DNA of 64,000 nucleotides from an uncultured Bacilli bacterium (GTDB lineage: Bacteria; Bacillota_I; Bacilli_A; RF39; UBA660), in the NCBI GenBank assembly GCA_934086185.1, contig CAKOHW010000002.1, forward strand, positions 31,377 to 95,376. Direction: 5' to 3'. The notes beneath the pieces were generated by a model, which was not told the DNA's origin, made no database searches, and saw only the letters and a program-made list of their open reading frames with translations. Within the stretch, counting starts at the first letter, position 1; each line of letters starts with the position of its first letter. Position numbers and translations under genes: made by a program. This document shows, in pieces, positions 49,583-58,233 of this stretch.

Positions 49583-50932
49583 ATGATTATTATGAAAACA
49601 ACAATATTAATATTAATTAACAAATTAACTACTAAAATATGCCATTTATTTAAAAGAGATGGAAGTGTATTTCCAGGTAGTATAGTAAATAAATATGATA
49701 AAACTATATTAAAAAAAATAAAATATCCTAAATACGTAATAGGCATAACAGGTAGTAGTGGTAAGGGTTCTACTACTTCACAAGTAGCATATATCTTAGA
49801 AAAAAATGGATATAAAGTAGTATGGAATAAAAGTGGTTCTAATTTAATAAACGCAGCAACTACATTAATATTAAATAATACTAATCCAATAACTAAAAAA
49901 CTAAACGGAGACATATTATTAATGGAATTAGATGAATCATTTATATCTAAAATATTTGAAAAAAACACTTTAACTCACTTGTTAATAACAAATATAACAA
50001 GAGATCAACCAGCAAGAAATGGACACCCAGAATTAATATTAAATAAGATAATAAACAGCATCGGAGATAATACACATGTAATCATAAATGCTGATGATCC
50101 ATTCTTAAATAGATTGAAATATATTCATCATGGTCTATTAACAACATATGGAGTTAACAAAACAAAATATGATACGACTGATCCTATAAATGATTCAATA
50201 GATAGTGCATACTGTCCACTATGTCACACTAAATTAGTATATGATTTCTACCATACAGGTCACATAGGAAAATATAAATGTCCTAAATGCGAATTTGGTA
50301 GAGAAAAAGTAAATTTTGAAGCAAGTGATGTAGATTTAAAAAAACAATTCTTTACAATAAATGATTCTATATATCATATTAATAAAGATGTATTCTTTGC
50401 AGTATATTATACTCTAGCAGCATATACACTATGTAAAACATTAGGATTAAGTGATAATAAAATAAAAAAATACTTAAATGATGAACCAATGCCTTCTAAA
50501 AGAATGAAAGAATTACATATTGATAATAGATTAGTAAATATGATAGAAAGTAAAAATGAAAATAATTTAAGTTATTACGAAGCACTACATTATATACGTG
50601 AACAACATACTAAAAAAACTGTAATATTAGGATTTGACAATGTATCAAGAAGATATAAATTTAATGATTTAAGTTGGTTATATGACGTTAAATTTGATTT
50701 ACTTGATGACAAATACATAGATAAAATATTTATTATAGGAAGATTTAGATACGATGTACTAACACGTCTATCCTATACTAACATAGATAAAGATAAAATA
50801 ATATTAATTGATAATTTAGATAATTTAATAGATAAAATAAAAAATGAAAGTACAGGAACAATATATACTATGGTATGCTTTGATATGACAGCAATTATAA
50901 AGAAAAAAATAATGGAGGATAATCATGAATAA
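49583..50932 (+). CDS. murT: lipid II isoglutaminyl synthase, Mur-ligase subunit MurT
   Basis: GITGSSGKGSTT P-loop, zinc ribbon CPLC…CPKC, C-terminal DUF1727-like region. Followed by gatD. Confidence 0.85.
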   Translation: MIIMKTTILILINKLTTKICHLFKRDGSVFPGSIVNKYDKTILKKIKYPKYVIGITGSSGKGSTTSQVAYILEKNGYKVVWNKSGSNLINAATTLILNNTNPITKKLNGDILLMELDESFISKIFEKNTLTHLLITNITRDQPARNGHPELILNKIINSIGDNTHVIINADDPFLNRLKYIHHGLLTTYGVNKTKYDTTDPINDSIDSAYCPLCHTKLVYDFYHTGHIGKYKCPKCEFGREKVNFEASDVDLKKQFFTINDSIYHINKDVFFAVYYTLAAYTLCKTLGLSDNKIKKYLNDEPMPSKRMKELHIDNRLVNMIESKNENNLSYYEALHYIREQHTKKTVILGFDNVSRRYKFNDLSWLYDVKFDLLDDKYIDKIFIIGRFRYDVLTRLSYTNIDKDKIILIDNLDNLIDKIKNESTGTIYTMVCFDMTAIIKKKIMEDNHE

Positions 50933-51635
50933 AATACGTATTGCACATTTATACTATGATTTAATGAATCTTTATGGAGAAAGTGGAAACATTATGGCAC
51001 TAGAAAAAGCATTCCACGATCAAGATATGTACACTGAAATTATTAAATTATCAGTAAATGATAAAATAGATTTTAATAAATATGACATTTATTATATGGG
51101 ATGCGGTAGTGAAACTAATCAACAAATAGTAATAAATGATATATTAAAATACAAAGATAAAATAAAAAATGCAATAGAAAATAACAAATACTTTATATTC
51201 ACTGGTAATAGTTACGAATTACTAGGAAGTTATATAGAAAAAGTTAATAATGAAAAAATAGAAACATTATCAATATTTGATTTTCATACAAAAGAACTAG
51301 ACAGTAGAATTATTGGAGAAGAAATAATGGAATGCAAATTATTTAAAGAACCAATAATAGGTTTTCAAAACAGACAATGTGTATTAAACACAAAAAATAA
51401 TCACTTATTTGAAGTATTAAACGGACATGCAGATAATTATAAATCTCACTATGAAGGAATACATTATAAAAATTTATTTGCAACTTACAATCTAGGCCCA
51501 TTATTAATAAGAAATCCAATATTAAAAGACTACATAATAAAAGATATCTTAGAAAGTAAAGATATCCTCTATAAACACATACCATCAACAGATGAAAAAG
51601 CATATAATGAATACGTTAAGAATTTTATATCTTAA
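50925..51635 (+). CDS. gatD: lipid II isoglutaminyl synthase, glutaminase subunit GatD
   Basis: CobQ-type GATase N-terminus IAHLYYDLMNLYGESGNI. Overlaps murT by 8 nt. Confidence 0.85.
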   Translation: MNKIRIAHLYYDLMNLYGESGNIMALEKAFHDQDMYTEIIKLSVNDKIDFNKYDIYYMGCGSETNQQIVINDILKYKDKIKNAIENNKYFIFTGNSYELLGSYIEKVNNEKIETLSIFDFHTKELDSRIIGEEIMECKLFKEPIIGFQNRQCVLNTKNNHLFEVLNGHADNYKSHYEGIHYKNLFATYNLGPLLIRNPILKDYIIKDILESKDILYKHIPSTDEKAYNEYVKNFIS

Positions 51636-51639
51636 CGTA

Positions 51640-52482
51640 TTATTTTTCTCTATACTTTAAAATTAATTTAGAATCTATACTATTTAATAAATCATAATCA
51701 AAATAATTATCACTTAAACTATATATATTATAAATACTATCTAATAACTCAGTATTAAATCCTGCATCATTTAATTTATTTAATACATTACAAAATACTT
51801 TAGTAGAAAAATCAGGACTATATTCCTCAGTTATTAAATTCAATAACATATAAAAATAACTTAATATAGTAGTATTATTACTAGATATATGTTTATTATT
51901 ATCATCTAACGGATACTTATTAGGAAAATCCCATAACTTATCATTAAAAGTTAAATATTTAGATCTTGAAGCCTTAGCCCCACTTACATAACTACTATCT
52001 ATATCTATTACTTTAACCATATTATTTTCATTATCATATATAAAGTTTCCCTCATGTATATCTCCTAAATGAAAATCAATACGCATTAATTCATTATTAT
52101 TTTCTAAATCTCTTAATATATAACCTATCTTCTTTAAAAAATATATTTTATCTTCTAATGATACATCATTAGAATTAAATATTCTACTTAAATTATTATT
52201 ACTTTCAATCAATTCCATAGTATATGCTTTATTTCTTTTACCAAAAGAAACTAAATTTATAGGCCATACCACTTCTTTAATATCTACACTATCTTTAACA
52301 TAAAATAACTTGTTCAATATAAACATCTTATTATTTATTATTTCTTCACTATTAGAATTAAATAACTTTAATAATTTATCTTTATATAAATATAACGTAG
52401 CCTCACTATTATCAATATCACTATGTATTTTATATTCTTTTAGTTTCTTAATATCTCTACTATTTAATCTAATAATATTCAT
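51640..52482 (-). CDS. small protein-kinase-like-fold protein (K2)
   Basis: 280 aa. HLGDIHEGNFIY catalytic-loop-like motif and KVIDIDSS. Immediately downstream of P6. Confidence 0.6.
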   Translation of the reverse strand: MNIIRLNSRDIKKLKEYKIHSDIDNSEATLYLYKDKLLKLFNSNSEEIINNKMFILNKLFYVKDSVDIKEVVWPINLVSFGKRNKAYTMELIESNNNLSRIFNSNDVSLEDKIYFLKKIGYILRDLENNNELMRIDFHLGDIHEGNFIYDNENNMVKVIDIDSSYVSGAKASRSKYLTFNDKLWDFPNKYPLDDNNKHISSNNTTILSYFYMLLNLITEEYSPDFSTKVFCNVLNKLNDAGFNTELLDSIYNIYSLSDNYFDYDLLNSIDSKLILKYREK

Positions 52483-52537
52483 AACATACCCCTTTTTTAT
52501 AAAACGTATTATATATTACTAACTTTATAATGTCAAT

Positions 52538-52578
52538 TTAAAAAAATATCAAGTTAAATCGATATTTTGATATTTTTT
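52538..52578 (-). terminator. intrinsic terminator of P6
   Basis: AAAAAUAUCAA-loop-UUGAUAUUUUU followed by UUAAAUU on the minus strand. Confidence 0.65.
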
Positions 52579-52595
52579 ACTATATTTGTATATTT

Positions 52596-54758
52596 TTACG
52601 AAATTTCGTAAGGGTTACTAATGGTCCCATCTCCACCAGTAATTTGTGTACTAGATTTTAAAGAAACTGCTGGACGGAACGAAAATGCACAATCAGTATT
52701 ATTCTCAACATTAACAAAATCAACTACACCACTATGATCTACATTAATTGCAGAATCATGATTATTATTAAAGTGGTAAGGCGACAAAGACCAAAACCAT
52801 AACGAATTTGTTTTTTGATAATCATTTATTAAATAATAATCTGGATTACTATATTTAGCTTTACCACCTGCATATACTATTTCATCTGCTGTTATTGTAC
52901 CTACATACATATCAGTATTATCTGCAAATTTATTCATGTTTGTTCCATTACATTTTAATATTGGTTCTTTTGTTTTTTTACCGTTTAAACGAACATATGA
53001 ATCGTAATAAAATAATGTATTTTTAACTTGTTTATCTAGTATTTCTTGACTAGTTAATGCTGTAGTATTATCACTACTAGTAGCATACGCTTTATCATTT
53101 AAACACCAATCACCTGCTTTTAATTTATCTAAATAATTTGCTAAAGGGCCTGTTTGGAAATTCTTAAATGCATATGCCATTGATCTGTCATCATATGATG
53201 GAATAAATGCACCACCATTTAAATAGTTCATTAAATATCTTGTACTTGAATTTTTTGTCCCATCAGAAGCAATTAATGTTTTTGCATCATGTTGAATATA
53301 TCCAAAATAGCCTTTTTTTAAAGATCCTCCAGTTAAAATAGGAATATTCCAATTTCCATCACTTGTTACACAAGTACTGTCTTGATCTTCCAATATTAAT
53401 TTTACGCTTCCATCACCTTCTATACGTACTATTCTCCAACACATTCCTGCGAAGTTTACATAATTATCTATTACATTTCCTCTATAATAATAACTAGTTC
53501 CGTAATCATCATTAGAAATCGATAATGAAGACTCATATTCTTTTTTTTCAACATCTACAATTGCTACTTTTGTACTTTTGCATGATTTAACATACCAAGT
53601 TTGAGGAACAACAGGATAAGATATATATTTTCCTACTATTGTATTACTACACTCAGATACAAAACTACCATCAGATGAAGTCATCCAAGGTCTTGCATCA
53701 TTTTCTGTTGAACCATAATACCATTCTGATTGTGTACTCATATCGAGTTCTTGTTCTTCAAATTTACCACTATCTCTTGTATAACTTATTTCTTCTGCAA
53801 CTTTTGTTTTTGGAGTATTTAAAAATTCTGTACCATTTGCATTTGTTTTTGCACTTGTGTATATTGCACTTGCAAGTGTTCCTTCATCAAATGGATTATA
53901 ATCTTTTGTTTCACCAATATCTATTGTTAATGTTGAAGCAATTGATTTTATATCAACATTAACTGTTTGTGAATCGTTTGTTACTGTTATATTTGTTCCA
54001 TTTACACTTGCTGTATTTCCTTTTTTGATTGTTATCTCTTTACTTCCTTTTACAGTTCCTTCCTTATCTTTTACATATAGTGTATGTGTTCCTGGTTCTA
54101 CTGCTGCTATTAAATATTTATTATCTGTTGTTATCATACTTTTTCTTGGATTACTATGCATCTCTACATAATCTCCAGCACTTGCATTTGTTACTGTTCC
54201 AGTTACATCTACAATATCTTGTAAATTATAAATCTGTACTCGTGCTGATACTTTCTTATTCATATCATCACTTTGGTCTACTCCCATTTCTTTATATGTT
54301 ACTGTTAATTTATATGTTTGTGTTTCTCCTACTTCTATTGAATTAGTTACAATTATTCCTGCTAATTTTGGAAATGTTGTCTCACTTTTACCTGTACATG
54401 ATCCATTTTCTTTACTACTTGTACAAGTTAGTGTATAAACCATATCATCAGGCCTTGTTAGTTCATTTACTAATTCTTCTAAATATACAGCATAGTTATT
54501 TACAGTTGCATTACCATTATTTGTTACTGTAAATTCTTTGTCAGTTAATGTAGTACCTGGCATAATATTATTACTTGTTATAGTACCATTACCATCTGCA
54601 TAAGTTAATTCTAAATTTGCAGTTGTTACACTGATACTCTTATCATTAGTGTTTCCTTGTATCCTTGTTAAAAAGTATGCATACGTTAATCCTAATAATG
54701 CTAATAATACTATTGTTATTCCTACTACACTAACAATTATTTTTTGTTTTTTGTTCAT
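52596..54758 (-). CDS. paralog P6: head type c, unique middle, tail type beta
   Basis: The first ~252 aa are near-identical to P4. The tail …NYVNFAGMCWRIVRIEGDGSVKLILEDQDSTC… is homologous to P3. Ends GDGTISNPYEIS. Confidence 0.9.
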   Translation of the reverse strand: MNKKQKIIVSVVGITIVLLALLGLTYAYFLTRIQGNTNDKSISVTTANLELTYADGNGTITSNNIMPGTTLTDKEFTVTNNGNATVNNYAVYLEELVNELTRPDDMVYTLTCTSSKENGSCTGKSETTFPKLAGIIVTNSIEVGETQTYKLTVTYKEMGVDQSDDMNKKVSARVQIYNLQDIVDVTGTVTNASAGDYVEMHSNPRKSMITTDNKYLIAAVEPGTHTLYVKDKEGTVKGSKEITIKKGNTASVNGTNITVTNDSQTVNVDIKSIASTLTIDIGETKDYNPFDEGTLASAIYTSAKTNANGTEFLNTPKTKVAEEISYTRDSGKFEEQELDMSTQSEWYYGSTENDARPWMTSSDGSFVSECSNTIVGKYISYPVVPQTWYVKSCKSTKVAIVDVEKKEYESSLSISNDDYGTSYYYRGNVIDNYVNFAGMCWRIVRIEGDGSVKLILEDQDSTCVTSDGNWNIPILTGGSLKKGYFGYIQHDAKTLIASDGTKNSSTRYLMNYLNGGAFIPSYDDRSMAYAFKNFQTGPLANYLDKLKAGDWCLNDKAYATSSDNTTALTSQEILDKQVKNTLFYYDSYVRLNGKKTKEPILKCNGTNMNKFADNTDMYVGTITADEIVYAGGKAKYSNPDYYLINDYQKTNSLWFWSLSPYHFNNNHDSAINVDHSGVVDFVNVENNTDCAFSFRPAVSLKSSTQITGGDGTISNPYEIS
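54002..54758 (-). repeat. head-type-c DNA block (P6 copy)
   Basis: See the P4 copy. Confidence 0.7.
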
Positions 54759-54834
54759 ATTTTTACCTCTTTCCTTCTAATTTTATATTACACTTATAAT
54801 TTATTTGTATAAAATTAAGGTGAGGATGAAATAC

Positions 54835-54906
54835 AAAAAAATTATATAATTATTAACCCCCCCCCCGACCAAACTTTTGTTCGGGAGAGAATTAGGCTAT
54901 ATAATT
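54835..54906 (-). promoter_or_regulatory. conserved leader hairpin + U-tract, P6 copy (contains the C10/G10 tract)
   Basis: Same element. The inner stem is changed to CCCGAAC…GGUCGGG, and the G10 run pairs with CUCUCCC. Confidence 0.5.
54857..54866. repeat. homopolymeric C10 tract (G10 on the coding strand)
   Basis: Ten consecutive C in an extremely AT-rich genome. It replaces the 6-nt GCTCCT/CCCTCT of the paralogous leaders. Confidence 0.9.
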
Positions 54907-54959
54907 CTGTGCTTTTATAAAATATTTTTTAATTCCGAGTACTTTTCTACTCTAGTTAT

Positions 54960-55010
54960 ATTTTACCAAATCATTTTATCATTTACAATATTAAAATTTT
55001 GGTTTATACT
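54960..55010. promoter_or_regulatory. back-to-back divergent promoter module (P6 copy)
   Basis: Minus strand: TTGTAA(54983-54988)-17-TGgTAAAAT(-10 at 54960-54965). Plus strand: TTTACA(54982-54987)-17-TATACT(55005-55010). Confidence 0.55.
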
Positions 55011-55016
55011 TAATTT

Positions 55017-55082
55017 AGTAGAACATTCATTTATTTAAATGCCTACCGTTTGTGGTGGCACACGTACTCGTGTGCTTTTGTT
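55017..55082 (+). ncRNA. candidate cis-antisense sRNA, copy 3 (divergent)
   Basis: Same promoter and the same first ~12 nt (GTAGAACAT). Different body. Terminator GCACACG-TACT-CGTGTGC + TTTTGTT (55058-55082). Confidence 0.4.
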
Positions 55083-55274
55083 ATGTAATAAACAAAACAA
55101 TTAACACATTATGTACTAGTGCCAGTTAAATAAACCTTTACCCCCTGAATAGAAGAAGTATTAGTGTACCCAACATGATTAATATTAATAATCAAATGGA
55201 GGTTTGATTACGCATACTATCACACCCCTTTACTACTTAAATAGTTTGAGGTAAGCACTAAAAAATGAATGTTC
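55021..55274 (-). other. structured small-ORF RNA, copy 3 (same architecture, different sequence)
   Basis: Promoter TTGAAT(55305-55310)-16-TATTAT(55283-55288). The 5' arm GAACAUUCAUUUUUUAGUGCUUACC pairs with the 3' arm GGUAGGCAUUUAAAUAAAUGAAUGUUC (about 25 bp with bulges and G-U pairs). Confidence 0.5.
55138..55215 (-). pseudogene. 25-codon hydrophobic ORF interrupted by an in-frame TGA (toxin-like, possibly inactivated)
   Basis: AAGGGG SD 9 nt before the ATG. Reads MRNQTSI-TGA-LLILIMLGTLILLLFRG-TAA. TGA at 55192-55194. Confidence 0.35.
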
Positions 55275-55361
55275 GAGTAGTTATAATACTCATATATTTT
55301 ATTTATTCAATCATTTCGACAAAACATTAAAAAAAAGATATCTTACATTAGATATCTAATT

Positions 55362-56444
55362 TTATTTAACCTTTTTTAAAGTATAATCATTCTTTAATTT
55401 CTTATCTTTAGCATAATCAAATAAACTAATCAAACTATAATCATTATCCATTTCAACTAAATCAGTATATTTATTAATTAATTCTATATCTTCTTTAGTT
55501 TTCTTTCTAAATCCTAGTTCACTATTACTATCACTAATAATACCATATTCAGGATCTCTTCCAGTACCAGCTGGTTTAATTTTAAAATTATTAATTATAA
55601 TATTATTTTCCTTTATAGCACTCATATAATTATTAATTAAATCTTCATTACTAACATCTATTTCATTTAATACATATTGATTAAATGGATATTTAATATA
55701 GTTTAACTCTTTAGTATAAGATTCATATGCACTAGTAAAACTATTTTTTATAATACCTTTAGTATCAACATTATCATAAAAATCTTTTAATGCTTCTCTA
55801 TTTTTTAATATTAAACTTATTTGTCTACTATAAGTACTTCTTAATGCATTTAATAATGTACTAGAAATATCTTCATTACTATTTAACTTACTTACTAAAT
55901 TTAAAACATCATTACTTAGATAAGCTTTATAATCTATTAAACTAACAAATTCATTAATTAATGCTTTATCTTCATCAGTTTTCTTTCTAAATCCTAATTC
56001 ACTATTATCACGTATAATACCATATTCAGGATCTCTTCCATTACCAGCTGGTTTAATAGATAACATAGATATCATACAATTATTTTCTCTTATTAAATTA
56101 ACTAATTCCTCACTAGTTAAATTATATTTAATTTCTAAATTGTTCTTTGATATTTCATAAACATTAGGAAAACCAATCTTTATAATATCATTTTTATCTT
56201 TACTATTAAAAAATTCATTAATTCTTTTCATAGTAGGTATTAAATAACTCATTTGTTTTTGATAAATATTATTTAAAATATTATCTACCCTACTATCATT
56301 AGTAGAATAACTAACACTAGTTGATAAATCATTACCAGCATATACTCCTACACCATTTAAAATAGTAGTACCTATAACAAATGATGCTAAAATCATTTTA
56401 CCTTTTTTTGTAATTCTTTCTTTATTAATAACTTTCTTTTTCAT
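55362..56444 (-). CDS. secreted protein with an internal tandem duplication (360 aa)
   Basis: Signal/anchor at the N-terminus. Two ~150-aa modules each ending IKPAG(N/T)GRDPEYGII…SELGFRKKT.ED..LIN. Confidence 0.65.
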   Translation of the reverse strand: MKKKVINKERITKKGKMILASFVIGTTILNGVGVYAGNDLSTSVSYSTNDSRVDNILNNIYQKQMSYLIPTMKRINEFFNSKDKNDIIKIGFPNVYEISKNNLEIKYNLTSEELVNLIRENNCMISMLSIKPAGNGRDPEYGIIRDNSELGFRKKTDEDKALINEFVSLIDYKAYLSNDVLNLVSKLNSNEDISSTLLNALRSTYSRQISLILKNREALKDFYDNVDTKGIIKNSFTSAYESYTKELNYIKYPFNQYVLNEIDVSNEDLINNYMSAIKENNIIINNFKIKPAGTGRDPEYGIISDSNSELGFRKKTKEDIELINKYTDLVEMDNDYSLISLFDYAKDKKLKNDYTLKKVK

Positions 56445-56497
56445 AAAACCTCACCCTTTATATTTTAATTAAATTATTTACTATAATACATAGTTTT

Positions 56498-56527
56498 AAA
56501 AATAGTTAAGCAATCTTAACTATTTTT
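56498..56527. terminator. bidirectional-looking terminator overlapping the greA stop
   Basis: AAAAATAGTTAAG-CAAT-CTTAACTATTTTT. Confidence 0.65.
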
Positions 56528-56985
56528 ATGTCATAACTGCCATTTGGACTTTCAACACTAATAATATCTCCAACTTTTTTATGCATTATTGCCTTTCCTA
56601 TAGGAGATTCATTAGATATTTTATTTTCAAACGGATCTGCTTCCATTGAACCAACTATTGAATATATTTCTTCTTCATCATCATCTACATAATTAACAGT
56701 TACAGTTGTTCCAACTTCTACTTTATCTCCAGATGCTTTTTCTATTATTTTAGCATGTTCTAACATATATTCTAACTCTTGAATTCTAGCTTCTATTTTT
56801 GCTTGTTCATCTCTTGCTGCATCATAGTCTGCATTTTCAGACAAATCACCTTGAGCACGAGCCTCTTTTATAGCTTCTATAATTCTAGGTCTATCATTAC
56901 TTTTTAAATTATTTAATTCAGTTTCTAACTCTAAAAAACCCTCACTTGTTAGCAAAAATTCTTTCTTTTGTTTCATTAAAATCAC
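56506..56985 (-). CDS. greA: transcription elongation factor GreA
   Basis: …AIKEARAQGDLSENADYDAARDEQAKIEARIQELE… The start is probably the ATG 3 codons inside the ORF. Confidence 0.95.
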   Translation of the reverse strand: MILMKQKKEFLLTSEGFLELETELNNLKSNDRPRIIEAIKEARAQGDLSENADYDAARDEQAKIEARIQELEYMLEHAKIIEKASGDKVEVGTTVTVNYVDDDEEEIYSIVGSMEADPFENKISNESPIGKAIMHKKVGDIISVESPNGSYDIKIVKIA

Positions 56986-57039
56986 CTTTCAATCAATAAA
57001 TTTAATCTCAATATAGTCATAAGAATACTACATTTTATT

Positions 57040-58233
57040 TTAAATGTCAAATACTTTTAATCTCATCATATCATTTTTATTTAATACGAAATCTACTGGT
57101 ATTTTTACTATCATTTGTGGATGTCTAGCAACTTCTATTATATTATCATTTTCATCATAAATTTTATCAATTATATAATTAGTTGTTTCTATATTTGGTC
57201 CAAAAAATTGTACCCTTGTACCAACACTAAAATTATTTCTTTGTTCTATAGTAGCAATACCATCTTTATAATCTAATACCAAACCTAAAAAATCTTGATT
57301 AGAATACTCTTCTCTACCTAAAAAATATTGCTCATTTTTCCCAGTTAACTTATCAAAAAATTGTGGAGTAGATTCTCTATTAGCACATCTATTTAATATG
57401 TTTAGACAATAAATAGTATATGCATCAGTTAAAGAATTATTTAATATTTTATCTATCAATCTTCTATATATTAATATAACTGTAGCAATATAATATATAC
57501 TACGCATTCTTCCTTCTATCTTAAATGAATTAACTCCTACTTCTATCATACTTTTTATAAAAGGCACCATATTTAAATCTTTAGGTGTCATACTAAAAGG
57601 TTCATTTGTTTTTAAAGTCTTATCTAATCCTAAATAATCAAACTGCCATCTACATACTTGAGCACATCCACCTCTATTAGAATCTCTATTAGTAGCATAA
57701 TTAGATAAAACACATCTACCACTTATACTAGTACACATAGCTCCATGTACAAATGCTTCTAAATCTAAATTAGTAGCACTTTTTATTCTTTTTATATCTT
57801 CCTTATTACATTCACGAGCAAGTACTAATCTTTTAGCACCCAAATCTTTATAAAATAATGCAGCTTCATAATTAGATATACTAGCTTGTGTACTAATATG
57901 TAATTCTAACTTTAAATTTAATTCTTTATGTAACTTCATAATACTAATATCACTTACTATTATTCCATCTACATTAACACTATCTAAATATAATAAATAT
58001 TCTTTTAATCCATCTAATTCTTCATTATGTAAAACTATATTAACAGTAACGTATACTTTCTTATTTATATTATGAGCATACTCTACTGCATTCTTTATAT
58101 CTTCATTACTAAAATTCTTAGCATTAGCACGTAAACTATAATTTACTCCACCAATATATACAGCATCTGCTCCATACATAAACGCATACTTTAACTTTTC
58201 TATATCTCCAGCAGGACTAAGTAATTCTATCAT
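57040..58233 (-). CDS. peptidase U32 family protein (YrrO-like)
   Basis: MIELLSPAGDIEKLKYAFMYGADAVYIGG N-terminus, conserved Cys cluster. Synteny matches the Bacillus yrr operon. Confidence 0.85.
   Translation of the reverse strand: MIELLSPAGDIEKLKYAFMYGADAVYIGGVNYSLRANAKNFSNEDIKNAVEYAHNINKKVYVTVNIVLHNEELDGLKEYLLYLDSVNVDGIIVSDISIMKLHKELNLKLELHISTQASISNYEAALFYKDLGAKRLVLARECNKEDIKRIKSATNLDLEAFVHGAMCTSISGRCVLSNYATNRDSNRGGCAQVCRWQFDYLGLDKTLKTNEPFSMTPKDLNMVPFIKSMIEVGVNSFKIEGRMRSIYYIATVILIYRRLIDKILNNSLTDAYTIYCLNILNRCANRESTPQFFDKLTGKNEQYFLGREEYSNQDFLGLVLDYKDGIATIEQRNNFSVGTRVQFFGPNIETTNYIIDKIYDENDNIIEVARHPQMIVKIPVDFVLNKNDMMRLKVFDI

Noticed and set aside
20767-54346. Further shadow or intergenic ORFs: 20767-21006, 24061-24357, 24398-24604, 33012-33233, 33836-34135, 35915-36232, 36712-36915, 43746-44045, 43919-44122, 44086-44292, 48023-48220, 49564-49968, 51343-51603, 52310-52522, 53639-53962 and 54029-54346.
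   Set aside because: They are antisense to the paralogs, murT, gatD or K2, or they run through promoter and leader regions. Their apparent conservation only mirrors the DNA repeats of the paralog heads.
18355-54758. Paralog N-termini as type IV prepilin (class III) signals serviced by the neighbouring PilB-like ATPase.
   Set aside because: There is no G/A-F/M-T-L-x-E cleavage motif and no Glu at +5. The hydrophobic segment directly follows the K/R cluster and ends in TY(A/G)Y(F/Y), which fits SipW-type signals better.
55192-55194. Reading the in-frame TGA of the copy-3 ORF as Trp (genetic code 4), which would give an intact 25-aa hydrophobic peptide.
   Set aside because: Long housekeeping ORFs are intact under the standard code. 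TGA terminates several genes here at their expected ends (P4 at 34770, yidD at 26750-26752, spoIIGA at 41648). The genome therefore does not reassign TGA.
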